Source: Verrucomicrobiia bacterium (GTDB taxonomy: Bacteria > Verrucomicrobiota > Verrucomicrobiia > Chthoniobacterales > Terrimicrobiaceae). Taken from it: a stretch of DNA of 64,000 nucleotides. The stretch lies in assembly GCA_037127695.1 (NCBI GenBank), contig JBAXXX010000003.1, positions 20,687 to 84,686 of the forward strand, written 5' to 3'. Made by a program: the position numbers and the translations under genes. The notes under the pieces were generated by a model, which was given only the letters and a program-made list of their open reading frames with translations, did not search any database and had not been told where the DNA came from. Below, in pieces: positions 27,533 through 36,741 of this stretch. Every line of letters begins with the position of its first letter. The stretch's first letter is position 1.

Positions 27533-28146
27533 GGCGCAAGCCTTTCGGAGAGTTTTTCGAGCGCGTCCTTGGTGAGGACGATTTTGTCGAAGGCGAGGAG
27601 CTGCTCGGTATTAACGTCTTCCGCGCGGGTGAGCTGGGCGCTGGCGACGTTGCGGGCTGCCTTCAGGGTGGTGTCGTCAAACACCGCCGAGAGGACGAGC
27701 GTCTTGCGGGCCTTGGCCGCAGTTTCGGCGAGGAGGGCAACAAACAGCTTCGTCTTGGGCTCGGCCACTGAAAAAGTTTCCACGAGGAGGACGTCTCCGT
27801 CGAGGATGCGCGCGCTGAGCGCCTTGCGGAGGGCGAGCTTTTTGACCGCCTTCGGGGTATTCTTGGTATAATCGCGGGGCTTCGGTCCGTGGGCTGCGCC
27901 GCCGCCAACCCAGACCGGGCTGGCAAAGGATCCCGCACGGGCGCGCCCGGTGCCCTTCTGGCGCCACGGCTTGCGGCCGGAGAGGTTCACGTCGCCCTTG
28001 GTCTTCGCGCAGGCGGTGCCGCTGCGGCGGGCGGCCTGTATCGCGACAACCACGTCGTGCACAGCCTGCCGGCCCTTGGCTTCATCGGTAATCAGTTGGA
28101 TCTTCGCCTTCTCTGCATCGGCGGCTGTCAGGACGGTCGCGCTCAT
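27529..28146 (-). CDS. rplD: 50S ribosomal protein L4 (uL4)
   Basis: uL4 core (RKPWRQKGTGRARAGSFASPVWVGGGAAHGPKP). The ATG is at 28146; the track's TTG at 28152 is an alternative start. Confidence 0.93.
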   Translation of the reverse strand: MSATVLTAADAEKAKIQLITDEAKGRQAVHDVVVAIQAARRSGTACAKTKGDVNLSGRKPWRQKGTGRARAGSFASPVWVGGGAAHGPKPRDYTKNTPKAVKKLALRKALSARILDGDVLLVETFSVAEPKTKLFVALLAETAAKARKTLVLSAVFDDTTLKAARNVASAQLTRAEDVNTEQLLAFDKIVLTKDALEKLSERLAP

Positions 28147-28281
28147 GGTCAAATCGTATGCGTATGCTTGTGCCGACAGGCAGCCTCTGCGCCCCGTATG
28201 GAGGCGACCGAAGCGCGGTTGTCTTTGTGCGTGTTCATTTCAAAAAGTATTCCCCACGAGCCCTGTATTTTCTCAGGGGAC

Positions 28282-28303
28282 AAAAAAACCACGCTTACGT
28301 GGT
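28282..28303 (-). terminator. possible rho-independent terminator downstream of queA
   Basis: On the minus strand, ACCACG-TAAG-CGTGGT (6-bp stem) is followed by TTTTTTT. It lies ~105 nt after the queA stop and upstream of rplD. Confidence 0.45.
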
Positions 28304-28409
28304 CATTGCGTCCACCCGACAGCTCGCGGGAGGGAGGAGTTTACGGATCGGTTTCCGCAACGCAAGAACAAAAAGACAGTTTTCTGAAAAAACTTTGTCC
28401 GCGCGGATC

Positions 28410-29384
28410 TCAGATCACCAGCATGCAGTCGCCGTAGCTGTAAAACCGATAGCATTCGGACACCGCTTCGCGATATGCGCGCATCACGAGATCTCGCCCG
28501 GCGAACGCGCAGACGAGCATGAGCAACGTCGAGCGCGGCAGGTGGAAGTTCGTGAGCAGCGCGCCGGTGCGCCTGAAGGAATACGGCGGGCGGATGAAGA
28601 TGCCGGTGCGGCCGGAGCAGGCCGCCAGCACTGGTTCAAGGCGGGATTCGAGCACCCGTGCGGAGGTGGTGCCGACGGCGATAATCCGCGTGGCCGCATT
28701 CAGCTCGCGGGCGGAATCCGCAGAGATTTCATAGCGCTCCTCGTGCATTTGATGATCTTCGATCAGCTCGGCTTTGACGGGGCGGAAAGTCCCCACGCCG
28801 ACATGCAGCGTGAGGAAGGAATGGGGGATGCGGGCGAGCAGTTCGCCGGTGAAATGGAGCCCGGCGGTTGGAGCGGCCACCGACCCCGGGGCGGAGGCGA
28901 AGACCGTCTGGTAGCGCTCGATATCCGCCTCGTCGGGCGGACGCTTGAAATATGGGGGCACCGGCATGAGGCCGAATTTCTCGACGTCCGGCTCGGAGGA
29001 AAACTCGACGGTCCGCTCGCCGCCCGGCAGAACATCGATCACGCGCGCCTCTGTGCCAGCGATCGCGACCACCGCGCCCTCCCGCAATTTTTTTCCCGGA
29101 CGGACCAGGCATTTCCAGCGGCGCTCCCCGCACGGCTCGAGAAGAAAAATTTCGATGTTCTTTTCGGGCGCGAGCAACCTGGCTTTGATGACCTTGGAAT
29201 CGTTGAGCGCGACCCGGTCGTTCGGCCGGAGATAGGAGGGGAAATCGCGGAACATCCGATGGGAGATTTTTCCGGATGCCCGGTCGACGACGAGAAGTCG
29301 CGATCCGTCCCGCCGCGCGAGCGGGCGCGAGGCGACGAGCTTCTGCGGAAGATCGTAATCGTAGTCGGCAACCGGATGGCTCAT
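28410..29384 (-). CDS. queA: S-adenosylmethionine:tRNA ribosyltransferase-isomerase
   Basis: DYDYDLPQKLVASRPL N-terminus, plus GLHFT and NFHLPRSTLLMLV blocks. The start is taken at the internal ATG (MSHPVADYDYDLP). Confidence 0.9.
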   Translation of the reverse strand: MSHPVADYDYDLPQKLVASRPLARRDGSRLLVVDRASGKISHRMFRDFPSYLRPNDRVALNDSKVIKARLLAPEKNIEIFLLEPCGERRWKCLVRPGKKLREGAVVAIAGTEARVIDVLPGGERTVEFSSEPDVEKFGLMPVPPYFKRPPDEADIERYQTVFASAPGSVAAPTAGLHFTGELLARIPHSFLTLHVGVGTFRPVKAELIEDHQMHEERYEISADSARELNAATRIIAVGTTSARVLESRLEPVLAACSGRTGIFIRPPYSFRRTGALLTNFHLPRSTLLMLVCAFAGRDLVMRAYREAVSECYRFYSYGDCMLVI

Positions 29385-29506
29385 GGGAAACAAATCACCT
29401 TGGGCAAACGGCGGAGGCAAGCGCGAAGAGGATCATTTCGGGTGTCCGGGCGATGAAGTTCTTGATATCCATGCATGGAAATTCGCAGGAACATTCCATC
29501 ACTCAA

Positions 29507-30943
29507 ATGAAAACGACATTCCTCCTCCGTTTATTGGCACCCTGTCTTCTTCTCGGCGGCTGCGGGCCCGAAGAGCGGATCTGGTGGGCTCCAGGCGGCC
29601 AGGAAGCCGCAGTCCTGGCCGACGGGGGGCTGTGTCTTGCGAAGCCGGACGGCACGCTGGATGCCCCGATAGCAGGAGGCGGAGCAGACATTCTTGCCCC
29701 CCCCTCCGCAGCGAGCTGGATCCCCGATGGCAGCGGGCTCGTGCTGTGCCGACAGCGAAAGATCTCCAGTTGGGAAGATGCGGCCAAATTGCTTCCGGCC
29801 CGCGAGGCGGAAAATATCGAATGGCTGGCCCTCGCGATCCCGGCCTTGCTGGAGGGCGCTGCAAAGCTGTCCGGCCAGCCACCGGACGCGGAGTCCCTGT
29901 TGGGTTCGCTCACCTCTGGCGACCCCGATGATTTTCTCCAGGCTTTGCTCTGCGCCTTTCAAAACCAGAAGAGGCCCGTTCAGAAGGCGCTATTGAAGCT
30001 TCCCAAGGGGGCGGAGCTTCTGGCGAAGCTGAAAGGATCCTCGTTCGGCATCTATGAGATTTGTCTGATCACGCTCCATGGAGGCCGGGAAGAGGGATCT
30101 CCAAAAACCCTGGCGCGCAGCCTGCATGCCATGGCTCAGCCAAAGGTGTCTCCGAAGCACCGCGCCGTGGGGTACCTCATGGCGGGCGCGCAATCCCCGT
30201 CCATTGAAGTCATCGGCTTGGAAGGAGGAGACCGCCTCTCCGTTGGCGAGGCGGAGGCCTTCGACTGGGCGCCGGATGGCCGCTCGATCATCTTCGCCAC
30301 TCCGGCGGCAGGAAAGGACGGCCCGCTGAAAAAAATCCAGCGCGTCACCGCGCTTCAGGAATCGGGCGCCTTGATGAGGGCGGGCGGCGACGCCAACGCC
30401 CCGGAGGCCATGCCGCCGCCCGTTGATTTAGGGATGGCCCTCCTGATCGACCCTCCGCGCCTGCAGGCCTTGCCAGACGGGAGCGTCCTCTTCGCCAGCC
30501 AGGCGGCGGCGTTTCCAGCCGCTGGGCCTGGACCGGAGATCAGCCCAAAATTGTTTGTGGTCTCTGAGGACGGAAAAACCATGCGCGCCATCGCAACGGC
30601 CCCTGGGACGCTGCCCGCGAGCTTGAGCTATTTCGTGGCCTCGCCAGATGGCAAGCTCGCAGCGGTCGTCGACGGAGGCACCGACGCCGTCACCGTGGTC
30701 GACCTCGCGAGCGGCACCTCGGAGGTAATTTCTCCGGCGCACCCGGGCTGGGGTTGCGAAACCCTCCCGGCCTGGCGGTCGCCCGCTGAGCTGAGCTTTG
30801 CGGCACTCGACATGCCCGGCGGCTCTCCGGCCTGGATGCTCTGGAGCAAGGCCGGCGGCGCTCGCCCGATCAGCGGAAAATGGCCCCCCCATGCCGCCCG
30901 CGACTGGCTCAAAAAAGAAAAGCCGAAAGCCGAGGCCCCATGA
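29507..30943 (+). CDS. TolB-like beta-propeller lipoprotein
   Basis: Internal ATG of ORF 29276..30943: MKTTFLLRLLAPCLLLGGC (lipobox). It has repeated PD40-like segments (WAPGGQ, WIPDGSGLVL, WAPDGRSIIF, ASPDGKLAAV). Confidence 0.65.
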   Translation: MKTTFLLRLLAPCLLLGGCGPEERIWWAPGGQEAAVLADGGLCLAKPDGTLDAPIAGGGADILAPPSAASWIPDGSGLVLCRQRKISSWEDAAKLLPAREAENIEWLALAIPALLEGAAKLSGQPPDAESLLGSLTSGDPDDFLQALLCAFQNQKRPVQKALLKLPKGAELLAKLKGSSFGIYEICLITLHGGREEGSPKTLARSLHAMAQPKVSPKHRAVGYLMAGAQSPSIEVIGLEGGDRLSVGEAEAFDWAPDGRSIIFATPAAGKDGPLKKIQRVTALQESGALMRAGGDANAPEAMPPPVDLGMALLIDPPRLQALPDGSVLFASQAAAFPAAGPGPEISPKLFVVSEDGKTMRAIATAPGTLPASLSYFVASPDGKLAAVVDGGTDAVTVVDLASGTSEVISPAHPGWGCETLPAWRSPAELSFAALDMPGGSPAWMLWSKAGGARPISGKWPPHAARDWLKKEKPKAEAP

Positions 30944-30988
30944 CCGGCGGAAGCCGCAGAGGTCCCGGGCTTCGCTCCGGGAGGGCCG

Positions 30989-33490
30989 TCACGATGCCTT
31001 TTTGATCCTCGTGAGCCCGCAGCGCGTGGCGGCAGCGCCGACGAGATCGGCCACGCGCCGCTTCAGCTTCCAGACCCTCCGGAAAAGGAAAAGGACAAAA
31101 AGGACATACGGGATCCAGAGCCAATACTCTATGCCGGCCACAAGAAAATGCCGATAGAGAAGAATCCCGAGAAGGACGAGGTTGATCAGGAGGGTGGTGG
31201 CGACCATCCGGGTGCCGAGGTTCACGCGGGTGAGGCATTTTGGCCCACCATGATACTCGGTGACCGTGCGCAATTGGATCCCCCACCAGAAACTTCCGTA
31301 GATCTGCAGGTCCCAATCCTTCCAGCCGGTATCCATCGAGTAGTTCCACCCCTCGCCTTCGAGCGAGCGGACCACCTCCTGGAGCAGCAGTTCGCGGCCA
31401 TGCCCGTCCTCGCTCCAGAACTTCAGATGCGAAACGCTTCCGCCGGGGGGCTTGAAATCTTTTTCCACGCGCGCAATGACGGCCGGCGGGGTGCGCTTGA
31501 ATTTGAGCCAGGTAAAATAGCGGGCCCACCCGCGAAAAAGCGGCTGCGTGAGAGCCAGGAATGCAACCAGCAGCCGCGCGGGCACGGTGTCGTGCTTCGG
31601 CTCGAGCCTCGCGTGGATCATGTAGGACAGCGCCACCAGCAACGTCCCCCCGAACATCAGATAGGGAACGATCCGAAGGAACGGAAGAGGGATGGAAACC
31701 ACGAAGATGAACAGCGCCAGCGTCACCCACTCGATGCTGCTCAGATACGCCGCAAGGTCGGACTGCGGGGTCGGGTAAATGGATTGGAAGAGCCCCTCAC
31801 CGAAAACTCCATGGTAGATGATCGGCTTGTTGACAAGCCAGGTGAACCGCGGCGCACCATAGATCTGGCCCTTCCACTTCGCCGTGCCTGTCGGCCCGAA
31901 GAAAACGAGGTGCTGGAACCGCAACATCGACTCCGCCTCCCCGTAGCCCTCCTGCTGCTTGCGGAACGCCTGGAGGGTGAACCTCCGGTAGTGCCAGACG
32001 ATCGCTGCGGGGCTGAACGCGATCACCCCGCCCGACTGCTGGAGCCGCCAGCAGAAATCCACGTCGTCGCCAGCCTTCCGGTATTCTGGATCGAACCCTC
32101 CAACCTGGTTGAACGCCCACCGGTGGAACGCCATGTTGCAGCCCGGGATGTGCTCGGCCACAACGTCCGTGAGCAGGACGTGGCTCGGGCCGCCGGGGGC
32201 GGACGCCACGCAGGCCTGCACCCAGTTCTCCGCCGGCGGGGAGATGTTCGGACCTCCGACCCCCGCATAGCTGCCGCTGAGGAGCGTGCCGATGAGGTAG
32301 TAAAGCCAGTCCGGATCTGCCATGCAGTCGCTGTCGGTATAGACGATGACATCTCCTTTCGCCGCATGGGCGCCCACGTTTCTCGCGAAGCTCAGCCCCT
32401 TGTTATCCTGGCGGATCGCGACGATCCACGGGTGTTCCGCGACGATTTCCGGCGTGTTGTCCTTCGACCCGTCATCCACAAGGACGACCTCGTAGTCCGG
32501 GTAATCCACATGCTTCAGCGACTCCAGGCAGCGCCCGAGCGTCTTCCCCCCGTTGTAGGAGCAGACGACCACGGAAACTTTTGGATACGAGGGCAGGCGC
32601 ACGCGCGAGGTCATCGAGCCATCGCCGAAGAAGAGCTTCCTCACCGTCTCGAAGGCCACCTTCTTCGAGCGGTCCCTGCGCACGAGCCCGAACGCCCAGT
32701 CGAGGATCTCCTGCCCGCCGCGGAACCACTCGTCCGTCCACGCGTAAATGATCGTCCCCGCCAGCCCGCCGCGCACGACGCTCTCGATGTGCCAGCGGAT
32801 CATCTCCGCCTGCTCAGGCTCCGGATGCCGGATCGTATCCATGCCAAATTCGCCAAGGATGAGCGGCTTGTCGTCCGCAAGGTTTTGCAAGCGCGCGAGG
32901 TAGCGCTCGAAGTCCTCCTGCCGGTGGAGATAGACGTTGAACGTCACGAAATCGCTGTTCTGCGGGAGCAGGTATTCCGTCGGGGGATAGCTGGCATACG
33001 AAAAGAGGGCCTGCGGGTCGGCCTCGCGGCCGATGTTGATCAGGTGCTCGACAAACTCGGTGACCTGCCGCGCGCCCAGCCACCGGACCATCGTCGTGGG
33101 GATTTCGTTGCCGACGAGGTAGCCGAATACCGCGGGGTGCCCCGCATTTTTCGACACGCCTTCCTCGACCGCGAGCTCGGCTTTGGCGCGGAGCTTCGAA
33201 TCGCGCAGGAACTCGAGGTGCTCGGCCCATGGGATCGAAATCAGCGCGCGGATCCCCCGGGCGGCACACAGATCGAGAAACCAGCGCGGCGGGACGTAAT
33301 AGATGCGCACGAGGTTGATCCCCGCCTCGACCATCAGCGCCAGATCCGAGGCGGCGCGCGCCGGGTCGCCGAAATGCTCGCCGGCCGCATCCGGCGCAAA
33401 CGGCCCATACGTCACCCCCTTGATAAAAAACTTTTTATCCCCCTCGAAAAAAAACTTGGCGCGCACGCGCACCGGCAACAGATCGCTCAC
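30989..33490 (-). CDS. fused clan-GH-A-like TIM-barrel domain / family-2 glycosyltransferase / C-terminal multi-TM domain
   Basis: The N-terminal ~300 aa carries GNEIP and LGEFG (acid/base and nucleophile-like Glu). The GT2 core has VSVVVCSYNG, VLVDDGSKDNT and YTDSDC. The C-terminal ~250 aa holds several hydrophobic helices. Confidence 0.8.
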   Translation of the reverse strand: MSDLLPVRVRAKFFFEGDKKFFIKGVTYGPFAPDAAGEHFGDPARAASDLALMVEAGINLVRIYYVPPRWFLDLCAARGIRALISIPWAEHLEFLRDSKLRAKAELAVEEGVSKNAGHPAVFGYLVGNEIPTTMVRWLGARQVTEFVEHLINIGREADPQALFSYASYPPTEYLLPQNSDFVTFNVYLHRQEDFERYLARLQNLADDKPLILGEFGMDTIRHPEPEQAEMIRWHIESVVRGGLAGTIIYAWTDEWFRGGQEILDWAFGLVRRDRSKKVAFETVRKLFFGDGSMTSRVRLPSYPKVSVVVCSYNGGKTLGRCLESLKHVDYPDYEVVLVDDGSKDNTPEIVAEHPWIVAIRQDNKGLSFARNVGAHAAKGDVIVYTDSDCMADPDWLYYLIGTLLSGSYAGVGGPNISPPAENWVQACVASAPGGPSHVLLTDVVAEHIPGCNMAFHRWAFNQVGGFDPEYRKAGDDVDFCWRLQQSGGVIAFSPAAIVWHYRRFTLQAFRKQQEGYGEAESMLRFQHLVFFGPTGTAKWKGQIYGAPRFTWLVNKPIIYHGVFGEGLFQSIYPTPQSDLAAYLSSIEWVTLALFIFVVSIPLPFLRIVPYLMFGGTLLVALSYMIHARLEPKHDTVPARLLVAFLALTQPLFRGWARYFTWLKFKRTPPAVIARVEKDFKPPGGSVSHLKFWSEDGHGRELLLQEVVRSLEGEGWNYSMDTGWKDWDLQIYGSFWWGIQLRTVTEYHGGPKCLTRVNLGTRMVATTLLINLVLLGILLYRHFLVAGIEYWLWIPYVLFVLFLFRRVWKLKRRVADLVGAAATRCGLTRIKKAS

Positions 33491-33537
33491 GCGGAACCCT
33501 TACCACCAGCGGGGCGCACAAGGCGAGCGCGGAATTT

Positions 33538-34131
33538 TCACTTCGTCTTATTTGCGCGGCGCTCGGCCTCGGTGGCGAGGGCGAGCACGGTATTTTTCGC
33601 CTCGACGAGCGCCTGGTTTTTGAGCCCGGCGACGAGGTTGGTGATCGGGACGCAGAGGTTCGTGTAGCAGAGGAGCGTCCTGTCGCCGTCGTAGGGCTCG
33701 ACCCGCAGCGACCCGTCGCTCTGCTTCGCGAGCGGCGACTGGAGGAGCTTCCACGAGACGGTGTAGATCCCTCCGGAGGTCGAGTAGGAGTTCCGGACGG
33801 TGTAGCTGATCTTTTGGAGGATCGGAACTTTGACCGTGTAGCGCACGTCCTTGGTGCCGTCGGGGTTGTTCGCGATCACCTGGGCAGAAAGGATCCCGGG
33901 CGTGTAGGAGGGGGCGGAGTTATAATCCGTAAAAAGATCGGAGACGACCGAGGGCGGGGCGTTGACCACCCGATACAGGCTGAGCTGCGGCCAGGGCACG
34001 CCCGCGACAGCGGTGCTTTTTACGACGGTCTGGCCCTCGGCCAGCTCGTCGCGCTCCGACTTGGGAACCTCCTTGACCATGTCGGCAAAAACGGAGGACC
34101 CAAACAGCAGGACGATGAGGATGGCTTTCAT
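33538..34131 (-). CDS. secreted SRPBCC/START-like protein (tentative)
   Basis: Internal ATG with the signal peptide MKAILIVLLFGSSVFA. Its size and alternating beta pattern are compatible with the SRPBCC fold. This is a fold-level guess only. Confidence 0.5.
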   Translation of the reverse strand: MKAILIVLLFGSSVFADMVKEVPKSERDELAEGQTVVKSTAVAGVPWPQLSLYRVVNAPPSVVSDLFTDYNSAPSYTPGILSAQVIANNPDGTKDVRYTVKVPILQKISYTVRNSYSTSGGIYTVSWKLLQSPLAKQSDGSLRVEPYDGDRTLLCYTNLCVPITNLVAGLKNQALVEAKNTVLALATEAERRANKTK

Positions 34132-34167
34132 TCCTGCCACTCTAACCGGTTTGCTCAGGCAGCGCAA

Positions 34168-35340
34168 TCACCTGCTGAAGTTCGCTATGACCCCGGAATA
34201 GATTTCAATAATCCTGGAGAAGACGGTGGACCACGAATACTTTCCCCGAGCCTCGGCGCTGGCTTTGAGCCCGGCGGCCCGAAGGTCGAGCGTAAACTTC
34301 GACTCGACCGCATCCGCAAGCGCCTCCGGGGAATTTTCGGCCGCCCAGAACTCCTGGTCGCTGAAGATGATCCTGTCCATGTAGCTCCCCCGGATGCCGA
34401 CGACGCAGGTCCCGCTGGCCTGGCTCTCGAGGGCGACGAGCCCGAAGGTTTCCTGGACGCCCGGATGCACGAAGAGGTCCGCCGCCCGATAGATCGAGGC
34501 GAGCTCCATCGGGTCGGTGCAGTAGGGCATCCAGTGAACCGCTCCGGTCGCCTCCTGCAGGCGGACGAGCGACTGGCGCTGGGATCCGTCGCCGGCGCAG
34601 AGAAGGTGGTACCGCCCGGGAGAGCGGGCATGCAGGATCGCAAACGCGTCGAAGAGGGTCCTCACATTTTTTTCCGGAGCCATGCGCCCGACGTAGAGGA
34701 GGACCCGGGCGTCCGGAGGAACTCCGAGCCCGGCGCGCGTCTGATCCCGATCGGGAATGCCGGGCACGAACACCGAGGCGTCCACCCCGAGATCCACGGT
34801 GTGAAGCCTCTCGACCCCCCACGTGGCCAGCAGGCGGCAAAGCGCAGGGCTCGGCACGAACGTGCATTGGAAGGCATTGTAAAGCGCCCGGACATACCGC
34901 CTGCAAACCTCGTCGGTGATCGAGACGGCCACGCGCCCGAAATACTTTGCGATCGTCCGCAGGTAAGATTCCGGGAAGTGCGAGTGGTAGAATCCGACGA
35001 CCGGAATTTCCAGCCCCCGCCCGGAGGCGACCGCCTTCCATGCCACCTGGTACGGATCGCCGGACTCGATGATGTCCGGCCTTTCCTTCTCGAGGACCTC
35101 CTCGATGAGATGGAGCCTCGTGAGCGCCCGGTAGCGGGAGGTTCGGGAAACAAGCGGCGAAGCGATCGTGTAGGTGCGCACCCTCGAGTCGCCAGAATGC
35201 CCGGTGGTGGCTCCCGGAACGATGATCACATGCTCGGAACCCGGACAGAAAGCCCGCAGGTAGGCCGACTTCTGCTCGATATACCGCCTCACGCCCCCGC
35301 TCACAGGAGAGTAGAACTGGGTTAGGTCGCAGATTTTCAA
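34168..35340 (-). CDS. GT-B glycosyltransferase (family 4/1)
   Basis: MKICDLTQFYSPVSGGVRRY N-terminus and the C-terminal nucleotide-sugar motif FVHPGVQETFGLVALESQASG. Confidence 0.85.
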   Translation of the reverse strand: MKICDLTQFYSPVSGGVRRYIEQKSAYLRAFCPGSEHVIIVPGATTGHSGDSRVRTYTIASPLVSRTSRYRALTRLHLIEEVLEKERPDIIESGDPYQVAWKAVASGRGLEIPVVGFYHSHFPESYLRTIAKYFGRVAVSITDEVCRRYVRALYNAFQCTFVPSPALCRLLATWGVERLHTVDLGVDASVFVPGIPDRDQTRAGLGVPPDARVLLYVGRMAPEKNVRTLFDAFAILHARSPGRYHLLCAGDGSQRQSLVRLQEATGAVHWMPYCTDPMELASIYRAADLFVHPGVQETFGLVALESQASGTCVVGIRGSYMDRIIFSDQEFWAAENSPEALADAVESKFTLDLRAAGLKASAEARGKYSWSTVFSRIIEIYSGVIANFSR

Positions 35341-35358
35341 CGAGCGTGGGCTGGGGGC

Positions 35359-36276
35359 TTATTCCACCGAGGCGAGCCAGCGCTCGGCATCAATCGCGGA
35401 CGCGCACCCTTGTCCGGATGCCGTGATCGCCTGGCGGTAGGTATGGTCGGCCACGTCGCCCGCCGCAAAAACGCCCGGAATGTTCGTCGCCGTTCCGGAT
35501 CTTTGCACGAGATACCCGGAGGCATCGGTCTCCAGGACCCCTCGGAAGGCAGACGTGTTCGGCTCATGCCCGATCGCCGAAAACACGCACTTGACCTGGA
35601 TCTCGCTTTCGATGCCGGTCACCTTGTCGCGAAGCCGCACTCCGGAAACCTCGCCGGCACCATCGGTCAGGTAGGCGGTGAGGAGCGCATTCCAAACCGG
35701 CTGGATTTTTGGGTTTGCGAGCGTGCGGTCGGCCATGATCTTCGAGGCGCGCAGGGTGTCGCGCCGGTGGATCAGGTAGACCTTCGAGGCGAAGCGCGTC
35801 AGGAACCCCGCCTCCTCGCAAGCCGAATCCCCTCCCCCGACCACGCAAACCGGGACGTTGCGATAAAACGCCCCATCGCAGGTCGCGCAAGACGTCAGCC
35901 CGTGGCCGATGAGCGCGGCCTCGCCCTCGATCCCGAGATATCGGGGAGAGGCCCCGCTGGCGACGATAAGCGCTTTCGTTTCGATCCACTCGCCATCCAC
36001 GTTGACCCGGTGCGGCGCGCCAGGCTCAAACCCCTCAACAACACCGTAGCGGAACCTCGCACCAAATTTCTCGGCCTGCTGGTGCATCCGCTGGATCAGA
36101 TCCGGACCGTCAACGCCGTCCGGAAAACCAGGAAAATTTTCCACGGCGGTCGTGGTCGTGAGCTGGCCTCCTGGCAACCGGCCTTCGAGCACGAGCGGGG
36201 CCAGGTTGGCGCGGGCGGTGTAGATGGCGGCCGTCAGCCCGGCGCAGCCCGTCCCAACAATCATCACGTTTTCCAT
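35359..36276 (-). CDS. trxB: thioredoxin-disulfide reductase
   Basis: GTGCAGLTAAIY FAD motif, redox-active CATCDG and GGGDSACEEA. Confidence 0.93.
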   Translation of the reverse strand: MENVMIVGTGCAGLTAAIYTARANLAPLVLEGRLPGGQLTTTTAVENFPGFPDGVDGPDLIQRMHQQAEKFGARFRYGVVEGFEPGAPHRVNVDGEWIETKALIVASGASPRYLGIEGEAALIGHGLTSCATCDGAFYRNVPVCVVGGGDSACEEAGFLTRFASKVYLIHRRDTLRASKIMADRTLANPKIQPVWNALLTAYLTDGAGEVSGVRLRDKVTGIESEIQVKCVFSAIGHEPNTSAFRGVLETDASGYLVQRSGTATNIPGVFAAGDVADHTYRQAITASGQGCASAIDAERWLASVE

Positions 36277-36365
36277 AGAGCTTGGCAGTCAACACGAACG
36301 CCTTGAGGAAATCAACCATTTCAGGGGAGGCCATCCGGATTTCGAATTGACTCCCGTTCATCATC

Positions 36366-36664
36366 TTGTTCAGAAAACAAGAGTTTGAGGTCGCCAGCGA
36401 ACACCTTGTGGTGCGCAATATCGTGCCGCCGTTCACCCAGACCGAAACATACCTGCGGGCCCGGATCAAAGGCATCAGCTTCGAGCCATGCCGCAGCATA
36501 GACACACTCACAAGCCGGGAGCTGATCTTGGCCCTCGATGCGCCGAGCTCAAAATCCGGCGTCAAAAAAAACGATCGCCAACATCTCTCTCAAAACAAAA
36601 CCTGCTGATCGCGGCGGAGCAGCTCGCCAAACTGCTCGGCCTCGACCTCAAGGAAGCCGACTAG
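36366..36664 (+). pseudogene. small ORF interrupted at an A8 tract (frameshifted gene or programmed -1 frameshift candidate)
   Basis: The coding signal (G/C at codon position 3) is 50/69 in frame 0 up to 36572. It then continues in the -1 frame to the TAG at 36662-36664 (21/30). The junction is A8 at 36564-36571, with heptamer A_AAA_AAC at 36566-36572. Confidence 0.4.
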
Positions 36665-36741
36665 TGACCCGATGGGCGCTTGCCAAGCCGGCAGGCAGCT
36701 CGACAACGCACTCCTTTTGTGCAAGGCTTTCACATTCACTT

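Noticed and set aside
31148-33667. 839-aa plus-strand ORF, the longest in the window.
   Set aside because: It is antisense to the GH/GT2 fusion gene. The product is dominated by Arg/Pro/Glu/Asp with no recognisable domain, so it is a GC-content artefact. The same reasoning applies to 33814..35325, 28158..29456, 52432..53721, 54786..56021, 48808..49860 and 22612..23883.
36110-36565. 151-aa minus-strand ORF overlapping the trxB start.
   Set aside because: It overlaps trxB out of frame and lies antisense to the better-coded plus-strand small ORF. It has poor codon-position bias and no motifs.
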